A DNA stretch of 64,000 nt, from NCBI RefSeq assembly GCF_009914755.1, contig NC_060933.1. One strand, given 5' to 3'. Positions within the stretch are counted from its first letter, which is position 1; the number at the start of each line of letters is the position of its first letter. A program made the position numbers and the translations under genes. The stretch is from the human T2T-CHM13v2.0 reference genome, Homo sapiens. Shown here piece after piece: positions 63,026-64,000 of this stretch. The notes beneath the pieces are model-generated. The model had not been told where the DNA came from. It was given only the letters and a program-made list of their open reading frames with translations, and made no database searches.

Positions 63026-64000
63026 TGGGCTGTGGCAGGCTAGCAGGCTCTGTGGGGCTGGGGTTGTCGGATCCCAGGGCCTGCAGCTTTAGGCTGCTCA
63101 CTGTCTTGAGCGCTCAGCCCTGCCCCTTTGGCTCTCAGAGCCTCAGCTTCCCCACTGGGAAGACAGCAGTGCCAGCTATGTCTTGGCACTGAGACTTTAG
63201 AATTCTGCCCTTGCTGCCCATCCTTAGGGTCTCAGGGACCTGGGCCAGTGGAGGTGCCGTACCCCTCAGCTCAGATGCTGGCTGAGATCTGCGTGTGCGG
63301 GGGCTTCCTGCCCCGGGGGCTGCTCAGCGTGGGTGGGGTCGGCTCTATAGGCTCAGGACCCTGTATGGAGGGTCGTGTCAGTAGTGACCCCGCCCCGGAT
63401 GAGCACCGCCCTCTGGAGGGCTCATGGAAGTCCCATGTGGGGGCTGACCGGAGCCTTCTGCAGCCTCTGCCAGACCCTTGCCATTTGCCCACCAGCCCTG
63501 CTCCCCATCCTGCCCCCACCCACCATCAGGTTTCCAGTAGGGCCAGGCCTGTGCATGCCGACTGCGGGGTCCCTGGCTGGCTCCTCTGCCTGGTTGGTGT
63601 ATCCTGAAGCTGGGGATGGGCCTCCCCGCCTGAGTCTCCCTGTGTGGGCGGAAGTCCCTCGCTCAAGCCAGTGGGCCATGCAGGAAACTGTTGGCACAGG
63701 GTGGCTGAGAGGCATCCACGTGGGGCTGTTACAGAGCTGTGGCGGCATGAAGGGAATCAGGGCAGGACTGGGGACCCTGGGCCCGGGGGTGTGAAGGGAG
63801 GGGCTTGCAGAGCCCCGAGACGGCTGCTCAGTGGGAGCTGTAGCTTCAGGAGAAAGTGGCGGCTGACACCGTGGCGGGTAGGGGCAGGGAGGGTGCCACA
63901 GGCACAGATATGTTCTCCCACCGTTTGCCAAACCCATCTGGAAGCCAGAGGGTGGGAGGGTGGGATGGGACATGGTCAGTCCATGGGTGGCTGGTGCCTG

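Overview
This window is GC-rich human (primate) genomic DNA inside RXRA (retinoid X receptor alpha, NR2B1), on the + strand. It holds about 50 kb of the 3' part of intron 1, coding exon 2 (50115-50365), exon 3 (56632-56782), exon 4 (57423-57602) and the start of intron 4. The exons were identified by their translation (proline/serine-rich A/B region, then the two-zinc-finger DNA-binding domain with P-box CEGCKG) and by canonical AG/GT junctions whose phases join in frame. Intron 1 also carries the MIR4669 hairpin. Repeats include two full-length Alus and one Alu monomer, MER5A, old L1/L2/MIR fragments, a 1.2-kb UG/G-tract VNTR, a 1.2-kb GAT/GGT triplet array, a 35-bp minisatellite and many small local duplications. 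Nearly all ORFs in the supplied track are GC-content or repeat artefacts. I see no evidence of a wholly new gene system. The most interesting unexplained structures are: (i) a non-Alu inverted duplication of about 175 bp; (ii) inverted Alus bracketing exon 2; (iii) a candidate 88-nt cassette or first exon that feeds a 169-codon alternative reading frame across exons 2-4; (iv) a candidate internal promoter and first exons in intron 2. All coordinates were counted by hand, and repeat boundaries are approximate.
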